DNA of 32,000 bases from Candidatus Saccharimonadota bacterium (GCA_016699145.1 CP064962.1:570001-602000), one strand, 5' to 3'; shown: positions 8,150-17,261, numbered from the stretch's first letter. The notes: generated by a model from the letters alone, not told the origin. A program made the numbers and translations.

Positions 8150-8569
8150 ATGTTACTCCCTTCAAGAGCTAAATATCGAAAATCCCAACGTCTTCGTGGA
8201 TCCTTCAAAGGAAATGCGAAAGGAGGTTCAACCCTCGCGTTCGGAAGCTATGGACTCAAGGCTATGGAGATCAAGGAATTGTCTTCTCGTCAGATTGAAG
8301 CCGCTCGCCGTGTACTCGCCCACCACATTCAACGTGTTGGAAAGATCTGGATTCGTATTTTCCCCCACAAGCCCATCACTGTAAAAGCAGCTGAAGTGCC
8401 GATGGGATCCGGAAAAGGTACCGTGGATCGTTACACCGCTATGGTGAAACCCGGAACCATCATGTTTGAAATGGATGGAGTCGATGAAAAAATAGCACGT
8501 GCCGCTCTCAAGATGGCCGGTTATAAACTCCCCGTGAAGACTCGTGTTGTATCCACTAAAGACCTTTAA
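8150..8569 (+). CDS. rplP: 50S ribosomal protein L16 (uL16)
   Basis: MLLPSRAKYRKSQRLR...IEAARRVLAHHIQRVGKIWIRIFPHKPIT. Confidence 0.97.
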   Translation: MLLPSRAKYRKSQRLRGSFKGNAKGGSTLAFGSYGLKAMEIKELSSRQIEAARRVLAHHIQRVGKIWIRIFPHKPITVKAAEVPMGSGKGTVDRYTAMVKPGTIMFEMDGVDEKIARAALKMAGYKLPVKTRVVSTKDL

Positions 8570-8574
8570 TCGAT

Positions 8575-8739
8575 ATGACAAACCAAGCTAAACCCATAGA
8601 CGAACTCAAAAAAGAACTGGCTCACCTTCGTGTGGATCTCAAGACCGGAAAGAGCAAGCAAAGCCATAAAGTAAAAGACCTTAAAAGGCAAATCGCTCGT
8701 ATTCATACCTTCAATAAACAGAGCTCTCCTAACAATTAA
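8575..8739 (+). CDS. rpmC: 50S ribosomal protein L29 (uL29)
   Basis: This gene is not in the ORF track because it is under 60 aa. My translation is MTNQAKPIDELKKELAHLRVDLKTGKSKQSHKVKDLKRQIARIHTFNKQSSPNN, with TAA at 8737-8739. It sits in the expected slot between L16 and S17. Confidence 0.85.
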   Translation: MTNQAKPIDELKKELAHLRVDLKTGKSKQSHKVKDLKRQIARIHTFNKQSSPNN

Positions 8740-8741
8740 TT

Positions 8742-8978
8742 ATGCGAAGTAAAAAAGGCGTTGTCGTCTCAAAATCTGGACTCAAGACCATCGTTGTGGA
8801 AGCAGAAACTTCCAAGACGCATCCTAAGTACAAAAAGCGCTACACCGTTCATGCTCGTTTCCACGCGCACGACGAGGAAAACGCTTACAAGGTAGGAGAC
8901 GTGGTAACCATCTACGAAACTCGTCCTCTGTCTAAACTGAAACGTTGGACCGTAACTCAGCCCACTCAAAGCAAATAA
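8742..8978 (+). CDS. rpsQ: 30S ribosomal protein S17 (uS17)
   Basis: [18 protein letters not shown]...HPKYKKRY...[27 protein letters not shown]. Confidence 0.95.
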   Translation: MRSKKGVVVSKSGLKTIVVEAETSKTHPKYKKRYTVHARFHAHDEENAYKVGDVVTIYETRPLSKLKRWTVTQPTQSK

Positions 8979-8979
8979 T

Positions 8980-9348
8980 ATGATTCAGCAACAATCCAAT
9001 CTCATGGTCGCCGACAACAGTGGTGCAAAAGAAGTGATGTGCATCAAGGTTCTCGGCTCCTCCAAGCGTCGCTACGCTTACATCGGTGACGAAATCGTTG
9101 TGAGTGTAAAAAAAGCGGCCCCAAAGGGAGCTGTGAAACAAAAGTCTGTTCAACGCGCAGTGATTGTACGTATGACCAAGACGCTTCACCGAAAAGATGG
9201 ATCTTCCGTTCGTTTCGATGAAAACGCCGTGGTGATCGTCGGAAAAGACGGAGTGCCAAAAGGAACTCGTGTCTTCGGACCTGTAGCTCGTGAACTCCGC
9301 GAACGTGGATATCAAAAAATCATTTCTTTAGCACCTGAAGTACTTTAA
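8980..9348 (+). CDS. rplN: 50S ribosomal protein L14 (uL14)
   Basis: [26 protein letters not shown]... is canonical. Confidence 0.97.
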   Translation: MIQQQSNLMVADNSGAKEVMCIKVLGSSKRRYAYIGDEIVVSVKKAAPKGAVKQKSVQRAVIVRMTKTLHRKDGSSVRFDENAVVIVGKDGVPKGTRVFGPVARELRERGYQKIISLAPEVL

Positions 9349-9352
9349 AACT

Positions 9353-9658
9353 ATGAAAATCAAGACTGGAGACAATGTCGTCGTGATCGCTGGAAAGGAC
9401 CGCAATAAAACCGGAAAGGTTCTACGCGTCCTCGAAAAGAGCAATCGCGTAGTGGTAGAAGGCCTCAACATGGTCGTTCGCCACGTGAAGAAGACCGCCA
9501 CCAAGAAAGGATCCAAGAGCACCTTCGAAGCTTCTATTGCAGCTTCCAATGTGATGCTCATCGACCCCAAGACTAAAAAAGCAAGCCGCGTCGGTTACCG
9601 TAATAACAAAGACGGTAAAAAAGAACGCATCGCTAAAAAAAGTAACACCGTACTCTAA
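9353..9658 (+). CDS. rplX: 50S ribosomal protein L24 (uL24)
   Basis: MKIKTGDNVVVIAGKDRNKTGKVLRV (KOW motif). Confidence 0.95.
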   Translation: MKIKTGDNVVVIAGKDRNKTGKVLRVLEKSNRVVVEGLNMVVRHVKKTATKKGSKSTFEASIAASNVMLIDPKTKKASRVGYRNNKDGKKERIAKKSNTVL

Positions 9659-9662
9659 CATT

Positions 9663-10241
9663 ATGCCCGCAAAGAAACCTGTACAAAACGAAGCCATGAC
9701 CGAACTCTTAAAAGAGTCCGGCCGCAGCAATCCTCATGCCCTCCCCATTCTTAAGAAGGTGAGCGTGCATGTGGGTATCGGCAGCATGGTCACCGGAGGG
9801 AACAAAGATTTCTCTCACGTTGAGAAGAACCTGCTCGACGTCACTGGTCAAAAGCCTGTGGTTCGCAAAGCCCGTATGGCCATTTCCAACTTCAAACTTC
9901 GTAAAGGTCTCCCTGTGGGCATTCACGTAACCCTTCGTGGAAACCGCATGAATGACTTCATTGGCCGACTTGTGAACATTGCCCTTCCCCGTGTACGCGA
10001 CTTCCGCGGAATCTCAGTTCGAGGTTTCGATGGACATGGAAATTTTGCACTTGGACTCGAAGACTGCACCATTTTCCCCGAAGTGAACCAAGAAAACATG
10101 ACTCGTGGCCACGGAATGCAAATCAACGTTTGCACCACTGCCAGAAGCAACCGCGAAGCCTATCTTTTCTTGAAAAGTCTCGGCTTCCCCTTCCGCGATG
10201 AAATCAACGTCGAAGGTAAAGTGGCTCGCAAGGCTCAATAA
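9663..10241 (+). CDS. rplE: 50S ribosomal protein L5 (uL5)
   Basis: ISNFKLRKGLPVGIHVTLRGNRMNDFIGRLVNIALPRVRDFRG. Confidence 0.96.
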   Translation: MPAKKPVQNEAMTELLKESGRSNPHALPILKKVSVHVGIGSMVTGGNKDFSHVEKNLLDVTGQKPVVRKARMAISNFKLRKGLPVGIHVTLRGNRMNDFIGRLVNIALPRVRDFRGISVRGFDGHGNFALGLEDCTIFPEVNQENMTRGHGMQINVCTTARSNREAYLFLKSLGFPFRDEINVEGKVARKAQ

Positions 10242-10261
10242 TCTAACTTTTAGAAACCACA

Positions 10262-10492
10262 ATGGCTAAACTCTCGATGATCAATAAGGCGACCAAAAGA
10301 CGTAAGGCAGTAGCCCACCGTCGCTCCTTGGGTCTCAAACCCAAGCCAGGTCAAGCGGTTAAAATGTACAACCGTTGTGGAAAATGTGGACGCGTTCGCG
10401 GTTACATGCGAAAATTCGACCTCTGCCGTATCTGTTTCCGAGAACTGGCTCGCAGTGGAGCCATCATGGGCCTCAAAAAATCTTCCTGGTAA
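10262..10492 (+). CDS. rpsN: 30S ribosomal protein S14 (uS14), zinc-binding (C+) form, 76 aa
   Basis: [28 protein letters not shown] carries four Cys. The gene sits between L5 and S8. Confidence 0.93.
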   Translation: MAKLSMINKATKRRKAVAHRRSLGLKPKPGQAVKMYNRCGKCGRVRGYMRKFDLCRICFRELARSGAIMGLKKSSW

Positions 10493-10524
10493 TCCTCAAT
10501 TTCTACCATCATACTGACATTAAA

Positions 10525-10911
10525 ATGACACTCACCGATCCCATTGCCGACCTTCTCACAAGAATCCGAAACGCTGCCCGCGCTCGCAAGAACTTCGTGC
10601 ACGTTCCTCATTCTCGTCTCAAAGCAGACATTTGTGCCGTGCTCAAAGAAACCGGATACATCCGTGAAAGCAAAGTCACAGGCGAAGGAGTGCAAAAAGA
10701 GATTCTGATTGAACTCTTTGAAGAAAAGCGCGACCTCACTCTGACTCTCATCAGCCGTCCGGGTCAACGCATCTATGTAAAGACCCGCGAAATTCCAAAA
10801 GTGCTCAACGGACTCGGCCTCGCCATCCTCTCCACTCCCAAAGGAGTGATGAGTGGTAAAGATGCTCGCAAGGCCAAGCTCGGCGGAGAACTCCTCTGTG
10901 AAATCTACTAA
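10525..10911 (+). CDS. rpsH: 30S ribosomal protein S8 (uS8)
   Basis: MTLTDPIADLLTRIRNA... is canonical from ATG 10525. The longer ORF-track start at 10375 would overlap rpsN. Confidence 0.95.
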   Translation: MTLTDPIADLLTRIRNAARARKNFVHVPHSRLKADICAVLKETGYIRESKVTGEGVQKEILIELFEEKRDLTLTLISRPGQRIYVKTREIPKVLNGLGLAILSTPKGVMSGKDARKAKLGGELLCEIY

Positions 10912-10928
10912 ACTATTCAATCTAAATT

Positions 10929-11483
10929 ATGTCTCGAATTGGTAAAAATCCGGTGCTCATCCCCTCTGGCGTTACCGTCACCAAGGATGCAAGCGGACTG
11001 CTCACGGTCAAAGGGCCTAAAGGAGAACTCAAATGGACTCCTCACCCCATGATCACAGTCACTGTTGAAGAAAGCCAAATCGTAGTGACTCGCGACGATG
11101 AAGATCGTTTCAAACACGCTCTCCATGGACTCACTCGCACTCTCATCCAAAACATGGTGACCGGTGTGACTACAGGCTTCAGCAAAGTGCTCGAGATCAA
11201 CGGAGTGGGTTACCGTGTTTCTGTCGCAGGAAGCAAGCTCGTGCTCAACTTGGGTTACTCTCACCCGATTGAATACCCCACCCCTGCTGGAATCACATTC
11301 AAAATCGACGATGAAAAGAAGAATCTGCTCACCGTTTCTGGAATCGACAAGCAACTCGTAGGTCAAGTGGCAGCAGAAATTCGCGGCTTCAGACCTCCAG
11401 AGCCTTACCTCGGAAAAGGAATCAAATACGCAGAAGAACGCATCCGTCGCAAGGCGGGTAAGACAGCTTCTAAAGCTGCATAA
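10929..11483 (+). CDS. rplF: 50S ribosomal protein L6 (uL6)
   Basis: MSRIGKNPVLIPSGVTV...GYSHPIEY...PYLGKGIKYAEE. Confidence 0.96.
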   Translation: MSRIGKNPVLIPSGVTVTKDASGLLTVKGPKGELKWTPHPMITVTVEESQIVVTRDDEDRFKHALHGLTRTLIQNMVTGVTTGFSKVLEINGVGYRVSVAGSKLVLNLGYSHPIEYPTPAGITFKIDDEKKNLLTVSGIDKQLVGQVAAEIRGFRPPEPYLGKGIKYAEERIRRKAGKTASKAA

Positions 11484-11551
11484 CAAGCACGCAGTGCTAG
11501 ACAATAACCGTCGCTCAAGCGACATCAACTCTAAGACACCAACTCTAAGAC

Positions 11552-11902
11552 ATGAACTCTCAAAAAGCTAAAAATCAGAAACGCGCTCAGCGCCATGTGC
11601 GCATTCGCGCGCGCATCTCCGGCACAGACAAGTTGCCTCGCCTCATTGTGTTCCGCAGTTTACGCTACATTTACGCTCAACTTGTGGACGACACCTCTGG
11701 CAAAATCCTTGTGGCCGCTCACGACATGCAAGCCAAATCAGGCAACAAAGTGGAACGTGCCAAAGCCGTTGGTCTAGAAGTCGCTGAAAAAGCCAAGACA
11801 GCCGGTCTCAAAGCCTGTGTCTTCGATCGCAATGGTTACAAATATCACGGCCGCGTTGCTGCCCTTGCTGAAGGCGCTCGTGAAGGTGGCCTCAAGTTCT
11901 AA
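11552..11902 (+). CDS. rplR: 50S ribosomal protein L18 (uL18)
   Basis: RLIVFRSLRYIYAQLVDD..GKILVAA...FDRNGYKYHGRVAALAEGAREGGLKF. Confidence 0.96.
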   Translation: MNSQKAKNQKRAQRHVRIRARISGTDKLPRLIVFRSLRYIYAQLVDDTSGKILVAAHDMQAKSGNKVERAKAVGLEVAEKAKTAGLKACVFDRNGYKYHGRVAALAEGAREGGLKF

Positions 11903-11919
11903 TCTCACTATTAAACCCT

Positions 11920-12561
11920 ATGCCTAAACCTGGAAAAAGACCCTTACCCAAAGAAACCAAGGAATTCGAAGAAACCGTGGTTGAAGTCGCTCGTGTAACA
12001 CGTGTGGTTAAAGGAGGGCGCCGCATGCGCTTCCGTGCCACCGTTGTGATCGGGAACAAGAAAGGCACCGTGGGTTATGGAATTGGAAAAGCCGTGGAAG
12101 TGCAGCTCGCCATTCAAAAAGCAGTGGCTAAAGCCAAAAAGCGTTTGCTGCGCGTGCCTCTTTATAAAGGAAGCATCCCCCACCAAATTCAAGTGAAATT
12201 CAAATCTTCTGTGGTCTTCGTCAAACCTGCCAGTGAAGGTACCGGACTCATTGCCGGAGGAGCCCTTCGCCAAATTCTGGAACTCGCCGGCGTACGCAAT
12301 GTGCTCTCCAAATCTCTCGGTTCCAACAATCGTGTGAACACTGCTAAGGCCGCCTACAAGGCGCTCACCAAGCTGCGTGAACGCCCCGACATGGAAACCG
12401 ACAAGGTTCGTGAAGAAGCTCGTGAAGACACCGAACGCGCTGATCCTGAAATGAAGAAAATGTCTCGCAAAGAAGCCCACGAAATGGTGAATGCAGACAA
12501 ACGCATGAACAAACCCGATAAAAAACACGCTGACAAGAAAGCAGCCCCTAAAAAAGATTAA
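11920..12561 (+). CDS. rpsE: 30S ribosomal protein S5 (uS5) with a ~50-aa charged C-terminal extension
   Basis: VARVTRVVKGGRRMRFRATVVIGNKKGTVGYGIGKA... forms the core. The tail begins at ...RERPDMETDKVREEAREDTERADPEMKK.... Confidence 0.95.
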   Translation: MPKPGKRPLPKETKEFEETVVEVARVTRVVKGGRRMRFRATVVIGNKKGTVGYGIGKAVEVQLAIQKAVAKAKKRLLRVPLYKGSIPHQIQVKFKSSVVFVKPASEGTGLIAGGALRQILELAGVRNVLSKSLGSNNRVNTAKAAYKALTKLRERPDMETDKVREEAREDTERADPEMKKMSRKEAHEMVNADKRMNKPDKKHADKKAAPKKD

Positions 12562-12586
12562 TTAAAGATCCTCCTCTTAAATACTT

Positions 12587-13036
12587 ATGAAGCAACACAC
12601 ACTCAAACCCACCCCCGGTAGCACCAAATCCAAACTTCGTCGCGGACGCGGGCTCAGCCGTGGAAACTATTCTGGACGCGGAATGAAAGGACAAAACTCT
12701 CGTTCTGGAGGAGGTGTACGCCCTGGATTCGAAGGAGGACAAACTCCCCTCATCCGACGTATGCCCAAGCTCAAAGGATTCTTGAATCCGAATAAAGTCA
12801 CCTACATGCCCATCAATTTGGCAGATCTCAACGTCTTCAAGGACGGGGAAAAAGTGGACGCTAAAGTGCTGCATGCCAAAAAGCTCATCAAAGCACTTGG
12901 AAAAGTAAAATTGCTCGGAAACGGAGAGCTCACCGTAAAAGTGAAACTCACGGTGAATCGTGCTTCTGCTACTGCCCTTGAAAAGGCAGAAAAAGCCGGC
13001 GCAGAAGTCACTGTTTTAGAAAAAACGGCTGAATAA
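12587..13036 (+). CDS. rplO: 50S ribosomal protein L15 (uL15)
   Basis: LKPTPGSTKSKLRRGRGLSRGNYSGRGMKGQNSRSGGGVRPGFEGGQTPL. The gene starts 25 nt after the rpsE stop, so there is no L30 gene between them. Confidence 0.96.
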   Translation: MKQHTLKPTPGSTKSKLRRGRGLSRGNYSGRGMKGQNSRSGGGVRPGFEGGQTPLIRRMPKLKGFLNPNKVTYMPINLADLNVFKDGEKVDAKVLHAKKLIKALGKVKLLGNGELTVKVKLTVNRASATALEKAEKAGAEVTVLEKTAE

Positions 13037-13068
13037 TAACCTCGCGCAAGCGATTTCAAGGCTCAATC

Positions 13069-14367
13069 ATGAATGTTTTAAAGCAAATGTGGAAATCAAA
13101 AGACCTTCGCAAAAAGATCCTCTTTACGCTGGGGATCGTTTTGATTTACCGCCTCATGACTCACATCAGCATTCCTGAAGTGAATCGTGAAGCCCTGGCC
13201 TACGTCTTCGAACGAAATTCCCTTTTAGGAGCATTCAGCTTACTGACCGGAGGAAGTGGCGAAAGCTTTTCCATTGTACTGATGGGACTTTCCCCTTACA
13301 TCAATGCCTCCATCATCATCCAACTTTTGACCGTGATCGTGCCTCGCCTCGAAGAAATTTCCAAGGAAGGAGAACAGGGCCGCAAACGCCTCAACCGCTA
13401 CACCCGTTGGCTGACCTTGCCTTTGGCCATTCTGCAATCTTATGGAATGATTGCCCTCATCAACTCTCAAGCTCAAGTCGAAATCATCCCCAATATGAGC
13501 GATCCCATGGTCATTTTGCCCATCATGCTCACCGTGAGCATAGGGACCATTGCTCTGATGTGGCTCGGTGAACTCATTACAGAAAAAGGCATTGGAAACG
13601 GAACTTCCATCATCATCTTTGCAGGTATTCTTGCTGCCATTCCTCCTGTGGTAGGGCCTTCCCTCAAACTGGCTGAAGCCGAGCCCGAACGATTGCTGCC
13701 CCTCCTTGCAATTCTACTCTTCAGTCTGCTCTTCACCTTGCTCGTGGTCCTCTTCACCGAAGGACAGCGCCGCATTCCCATCACTTATGCAGGTCAAAGA
13801 GGGCGCGGCAAAGCGGAGCAAGCCTTCATGCCCATTCGCGTGAACCAAGCTGGAATGATTCCCATTATTTTTGCAGTTTCCCTCATCACCTTCCCTTCCA
13901 TCATCGGACAATTCCTTTTATACGCCGATTCCGAATGGGTGAAATCAATAGGTCGCGTGGCCACCACTCAACTCAACACTCAAAGCTGGCTCTACACTGT
14001 GCTTTACTTCTTCCTGGTGATCGGATTCACTTTCTTCTATGTGAGCATCGTCTTCAAACCTGAAGAAATCGCAGAAAACATCCAAAAACGGGGCGGCTTT
14101 GTGCCCGGCCTTCGTCCAGGAAAAGAAACCGCCGAGTACCTTGCCAAGGTGTCCAACCGCCTCAATCTTTTCGGAGGAACTTTGATCGCTTTCGTAGGAG
14201 TGCTCCCCATTGTCTTGCAACTCATCTTTACAGAAATGAACATCGGAGGAGTTCCCACTCTCATCAGTGGAGCCGGAATCATCATCGTTGTGGGTGTGGT
14301 TTTGGACTTGATTCGTCAAATCAACGCTCAGTTGCTCACTCATCATTACGAGCGTTTCTACCGCTAA
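13069..14367 (+). CDS. secY: preprotein translocase subunit SecY
   Basis: 432-aa polytopic protein with LGIVLIYRL..HI.IP, GLSPYINASIIIQLL and RIPI.YAG motifs, in the canonical position. Confidence 0.96.
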   Translation: MNVLKQMWKSKDLRKKILFTLGIVLIYRLMTHISIPEVNREALAYVFERNSLLGAFSLLTGGSGESFSIVLMGLSPYINASIIIQLLTVIVPRLEEISKEGEQGRKRLNRYTRWLTLPLAILQSYGMIALINSQAQVEIIPNMSDPMVILPIMLTVSIGTIALMWLGELITEKGIGNGTSIIIFAGILAAIPPVVGPSLKLAEAEPERLLPLLAILLFSLLFTLLVVLFTEGQRRIPITYAGQRGRGKAEQAFMPIRVNQAGMIPIIFAVSLITFPSIIGQFLLYADSEWVKSIGRVATTQLNTQSWLYTVLYFFLVIGFTFFYVSIVFKPEEIAENIQKRGGFVPGLRPGKETAEYLAKVSNRLNLFGGTLIAFVGVLPIVLQLIFTEMNIGGVPTLISGAGIIIVVGVVLDLIRQINAQLLTHHYERFYR

Positions 14368-14387
14368 ACGCTTCCTAACTTTCAAAC

Positions 14388-15032
14388 ATGGATCTCGTAC
14401 TCTTCGGAATGCAAGGCTCCGGAAAAGGCACGCAAAGCAAAGCCATCGCTGAACATTGTGGACTCCTTGTTTTTGAAACAGGAGCTGAACTTCGCCGTCT
14501 CTCCACAGAAGATTCCGAACTGGCTCACAAGGTGAAAAGCATCATCGAATCTGGACATTTGGTGCCCACCGAAGTGGTGATGGAAATCATCGCAGATTTC
14601 TTGCACCGCCTTCCCACGGGGAAGAATGCTCTTTTCGATGGCATACCTCGCAGTGGTGATCAAAAGGAACAATTCGATGCCCTGATGGTAAAAGAAGGCC
14701 GCTCTTTCAAAGGCCTACTCATTGAACTGAGCGAAGAAGAAGCGGTGAAACGTCTCACCACTCGCCGCATGTGCCCCGCCTGCAAAACCATTTATCCGGC
14801 CAGCTACAGCCAAGACAACTGTGAAAAAGACAGCAGCACACTGGTGACTCGTCAGGACGATACTCCCGAAGCCATTCGCGTGCGTCTAGACACCTTCCTC
14901 GAAAAAACTGTGCCTGTGATCAATGCCTACAAAACAGAAGGAAAAATGCTGACCGTTAAAGGAGAGCAAGCCATCGAAAAAGTGACTTTGGACATTCAAG
15001 AGGTCCTTAAAACGGACTTCTCATGGGCATGA
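14388..15032 (+). CDS. adk: adenylate kinase
   Basis: P-loop GMQGSGKGTQ, LID segment CPACKTIY...C...TRQDD, and position after secY. Confidence 0.93.
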   Translation: MDLVLFGMQGSGKGTQSKAIAEHCGLLVFETGAELRRLSTEDSELAHKVKSIIESGHLVPTEVVMEIIADFLHRLPTGKNALFDGIPRSGDQKEQFDALMVKEGRSFKGLLIELSEEEAVKRLTTRRMCPACKTIYPASYSQDNCEKDSSTLVTRQDDTPEAIRVRLDTFLEKTVPVINAYKTEGKMLTVKGEQAIEKVTLDIQEVLKTDFSWA

Positions 15033-15796
15033 CTAAAGTAAAAACGCCGGAACAAATCAAAGCCATGCGGGAAAGTTGCCACATCCTTGGGCTCATTTTA
15101 AAAGAGCTCGAAGACATGACGGTGCCAGGCATCACTCCCATGGATCTGGAGCGCCGCGCCGAAGAACTCTGCGCAAAGTACAAAGTGCGCCCCGCCTTCA
15201 AAGGCTATCACGGCTATCCCTACATTTTGTGCACCTCCGTAAACGACCAAGTGGTGCACGCCTTCCCGACTGAAGTCCCTCTGCAAGAAGGGGATATTCT
15301 TTCGATTGATGGTGGAGTCGTGGTGAGCGGCATGGTCAGCGACTCGGCTGTAGCGGTGGTGGTGGGACAAAAAACTTCAGACCTCGCTCAGCGACTCGTA
15401 GACACCTGCATCAAAGCCATGTGGGCGGGCATTCATCAGGTGAAGGATGGATGCCGTGTGGGAGACATCGGTCATGCCATTCAAAGGGTCGTGGAAGACG
15501 CCGGCTTCACTGTAATCACCGAACTCACCGGCCATGGCATCGGAGAAAACATGCATGAAGCTCCTTACATCTTGAATTACGGTGAACCTGGCAAAGGGAC
15601 ACAGCTTCGTGCCGGAATGACCATCGCAATCGAACCCATCATTTGCACGGGCAAAAATGCCATCGAAACCCTCGATGACGACTGGACCCTCGTGACCACC
15701 GACGGCAGCCTCGCCATGCAACACGAACACACCGTGCTCATCACCAAAACCGGCTACGAAGTGCTCAGCTTGAGGCCTGGGGAGAAGGAGGTATAA
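15023..15796 (+). CDS. map: type I methionine aminopeptidase
   Basis: FKGYHGYPYILCTSVNDQVVHAFP, DGGVVVSGMVSDSA, HGIGENMHE and TIAIEP...HEHTVLIT metal-ligand pattern. It overlaps adk by 10 nt. Confidence 0.95.
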   Translation: MGMTKVKTPEQIKAMRESCHILGLILKELEDMTVPGITPMDLERRAEELCAKYKVRPAFKGYHGYPYILCTSVNDQVVHAFPTEVPLQEGDILSIDGGVVVSGMVSDSAVAVVVGQKTSDLAQRLVDTCIKAMWAGIHQVKDGCRVGDIGHAIQRVVEDAGFTVITELTGHGIGENMHEAPYILNYGEPGKGTQLRAGMTIAIEPIICTGKNAIETLDDDWTLVTTDGSLAMQHEHTVLITKTGYEVLSLRPGEKEV

Positions 15797-15821
15797 AATG
15801 AACGCACCTTAAACTCCTCGC

Positions 15822-16370
15822 ATGAAAAAAATCTTCTTATTGCTCAGTCTCAGTCTTTTAATATTGACCGGCTGCGTTAACAGTGAAGAACAAAGCATGA
15901 AACTGACTGAACATGCAAATCCTGAAATTTGCCAAGAAGGAATCAAGGGTTCTGAACTTTCAGATGTTCTTCCTGAACAAATCACACGCTGTTTTTCTTT
16001 GGGGGATCTCACTCTCGCCTTTGTGACTCAACCCAACGCGTGGAATGCCCTCCCCGAAACTCGAGTCTGGGAATCAGAAGGTAATATTGCCTGGAGCGGC
16101 CTTCTTGCCAAACCGATCAAAGGAAAGTGGGAACTTTTATATAAAATCCCCGATGAAGATTTCAACCCTGTGAACCTCATCTTAGAGGGTGAGCAATTGA
16201 TTTTAGATGCCGCCGACGATTCCGGAGCCGGTAGTGGCGAAGGGGCCCTACAACGTTACGTGTATCCTGTAGGGGTAGCAGATGAACTACTCAAGACTTG
16301 GCAAAAACTCAAGTGCACAGGCCAATACATCCCTGAGACCTACAAGTACGAAGCATTTTTGTGTACATAA
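15822..16370 (+). CDS. hypothetical lipoprotein
   Basis: Signal peptide MKKIFLLLSLSLLILTGC with an L-T-G-C lipobox. No recognisable domain. Confidence 0.7.
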   Translation: MKKIFLLLSLSLLILTGCVNSEEQSMKLTEHANPEICQEGIKGSELSDVLPEQITRCFSLGDLTLAFVTQPNAWNALPETRVWESEGNIAWSGLLAKPIKGKWELLYKIPDEDFNPVNLILEGEQLILDAADDSGAGSGEGALQRYVYPVGVADELLKTWQKLKCTGQYIPETYKYEAFLCT

Positions 16371-16374
16371 AAAC

Positions 16375-17163
16375 TCATACTTTCTTCCTTTTCTCCTTGG
16401 AAGGTGCTTCCATCTGATATTTTTCTGCAGCCTCCCAAGCCAGTTCAAAAACCTGCTTAAACAAATGAGTGATCTCTTTGCTTTCAATGATGATCCCAAG
16501 TTTCTCCTTCCAATCAGCAATCATGATTTTATCGTCAAAGAAATTCACTTCGGGCGTAAAATCCAACTTTGATTTGGGAATGATTCGACTCGTTCTCAAG
16601 TGCAACTGATCTTTTTCGTGCAAGTCTCGATCCACCGGCGTATCCATCAAAATCCCTCGAATAGGAATTCCTTTCTCTGCACGACGTTCATAGTACCGCG
16701 GGAAATACCAACCCAAAAGATCTTGATTCACCTGAGCATTCGCAAAAGCACGGATTTCTTCTTTGGAAGTTAGGGTTTCTTCATACACACGGACCAGCCC
16801 TTCTTCTCCCTCATAAAAATACACACGTGGTCGATCCGACAAAGCGTGATAATGAGTCGTCAATTCAGGCAGTATCCTCTTTGCTTCCTGAGAAAGCCTC
16901 AAAAAACGATCCGCTTCTTCTTTAAGATAAGTGATGAGCTTCTCGGGGGGCTGCGCCCGATAACTTCGAAAGCCCTTATGTTCAGAAGAAACCAGAAGTC
17001 CGCGCTGCACCAAACTCTCCAGAATATCGTACGCCGTGGTCCGGTTTATACCCGCTTTCTTTGCGAGTGTCGAAACGGGTGACGCTTCCCCCATTTCTAA
17101 ACTGACCAAGTACAGTGCCGCTTCTTTAGAATTGAGCCCAAGTTTTTGCAATTGTTCCATCAT
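16375..17163 (-). CDS. TrmB-family transcriptional regulator
   Basis: The N-terminus LGLNSKEAALYLVSLEMGEASPVSTLAKKAGINRTTAYDILESLVQRGLL is the TrmB winged-HTH signature. About 170 aa of C-terminal domain follow. Confidence 0.8.
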   Translation of the reverse strand: MMEQLQKLGLNSKEAALYLVSLEMGEASPVSTLAKKAGINRTTAYDILESLVQRGLLVSSEHKGFRSYRAQPPEKLITYLKEEADRFLRLSQEAKRILPELTTHYHALSDRPRVYFYEGEEGLVRVYEETLTSKEEIRAFANAQVNQDLLGWYFPRYYERRAEKGIPIRGILMDTPVDRDLHEKDQLHLRTSRIIPKSKLDFTPEVNFFDDKIMIADWKEKLGIIIESKEITHLFKQVFELAWEAAEKYQMEAPSKEKRKKV

Positions 17164-17238
17164 AGAGCTGTGTGGGAAAATTTCGTCAGAATTACATTAA
17201 GGCTAATCTAACAGATTTAAAAAGTCAAATATTTTGTG

Positions 17239-17261
17239 GTAAAATTACAACGTAAATTTAC
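17239..17261. promoter_or_regulatory. candidate operator: GTAAAATTAC-AAC-GTAAATTTAC (the second unit is a perfect 10-bp palindrome)
   Basis: Read directly from the divergent TrmB / Cys-rich intergenic region. The site overlaps the -35 of the predicted Cys-rich gene promoter. Confidence 0.35.

Noticed and set aside
10375-10524. N-terminal 50-aa extension of the S8 ORF as given in the ORF track.
   Set aside because: It would overlap rpsN by 118 nt. The canonical S8 N-terminus MTLTDPIADLL begins at ATG 10525.
17164-17260. Promoter for the TrmB gene on the minus strand: TTGACT (plus-strand coordinates 17224-17229) with a downstream TAGCCT or TAGATT.
   Set aside because: The spacing is 17 nt to a poor -10 (TAGCCT) or only 12 nt to TAGATT. 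Neither combination is convincing.
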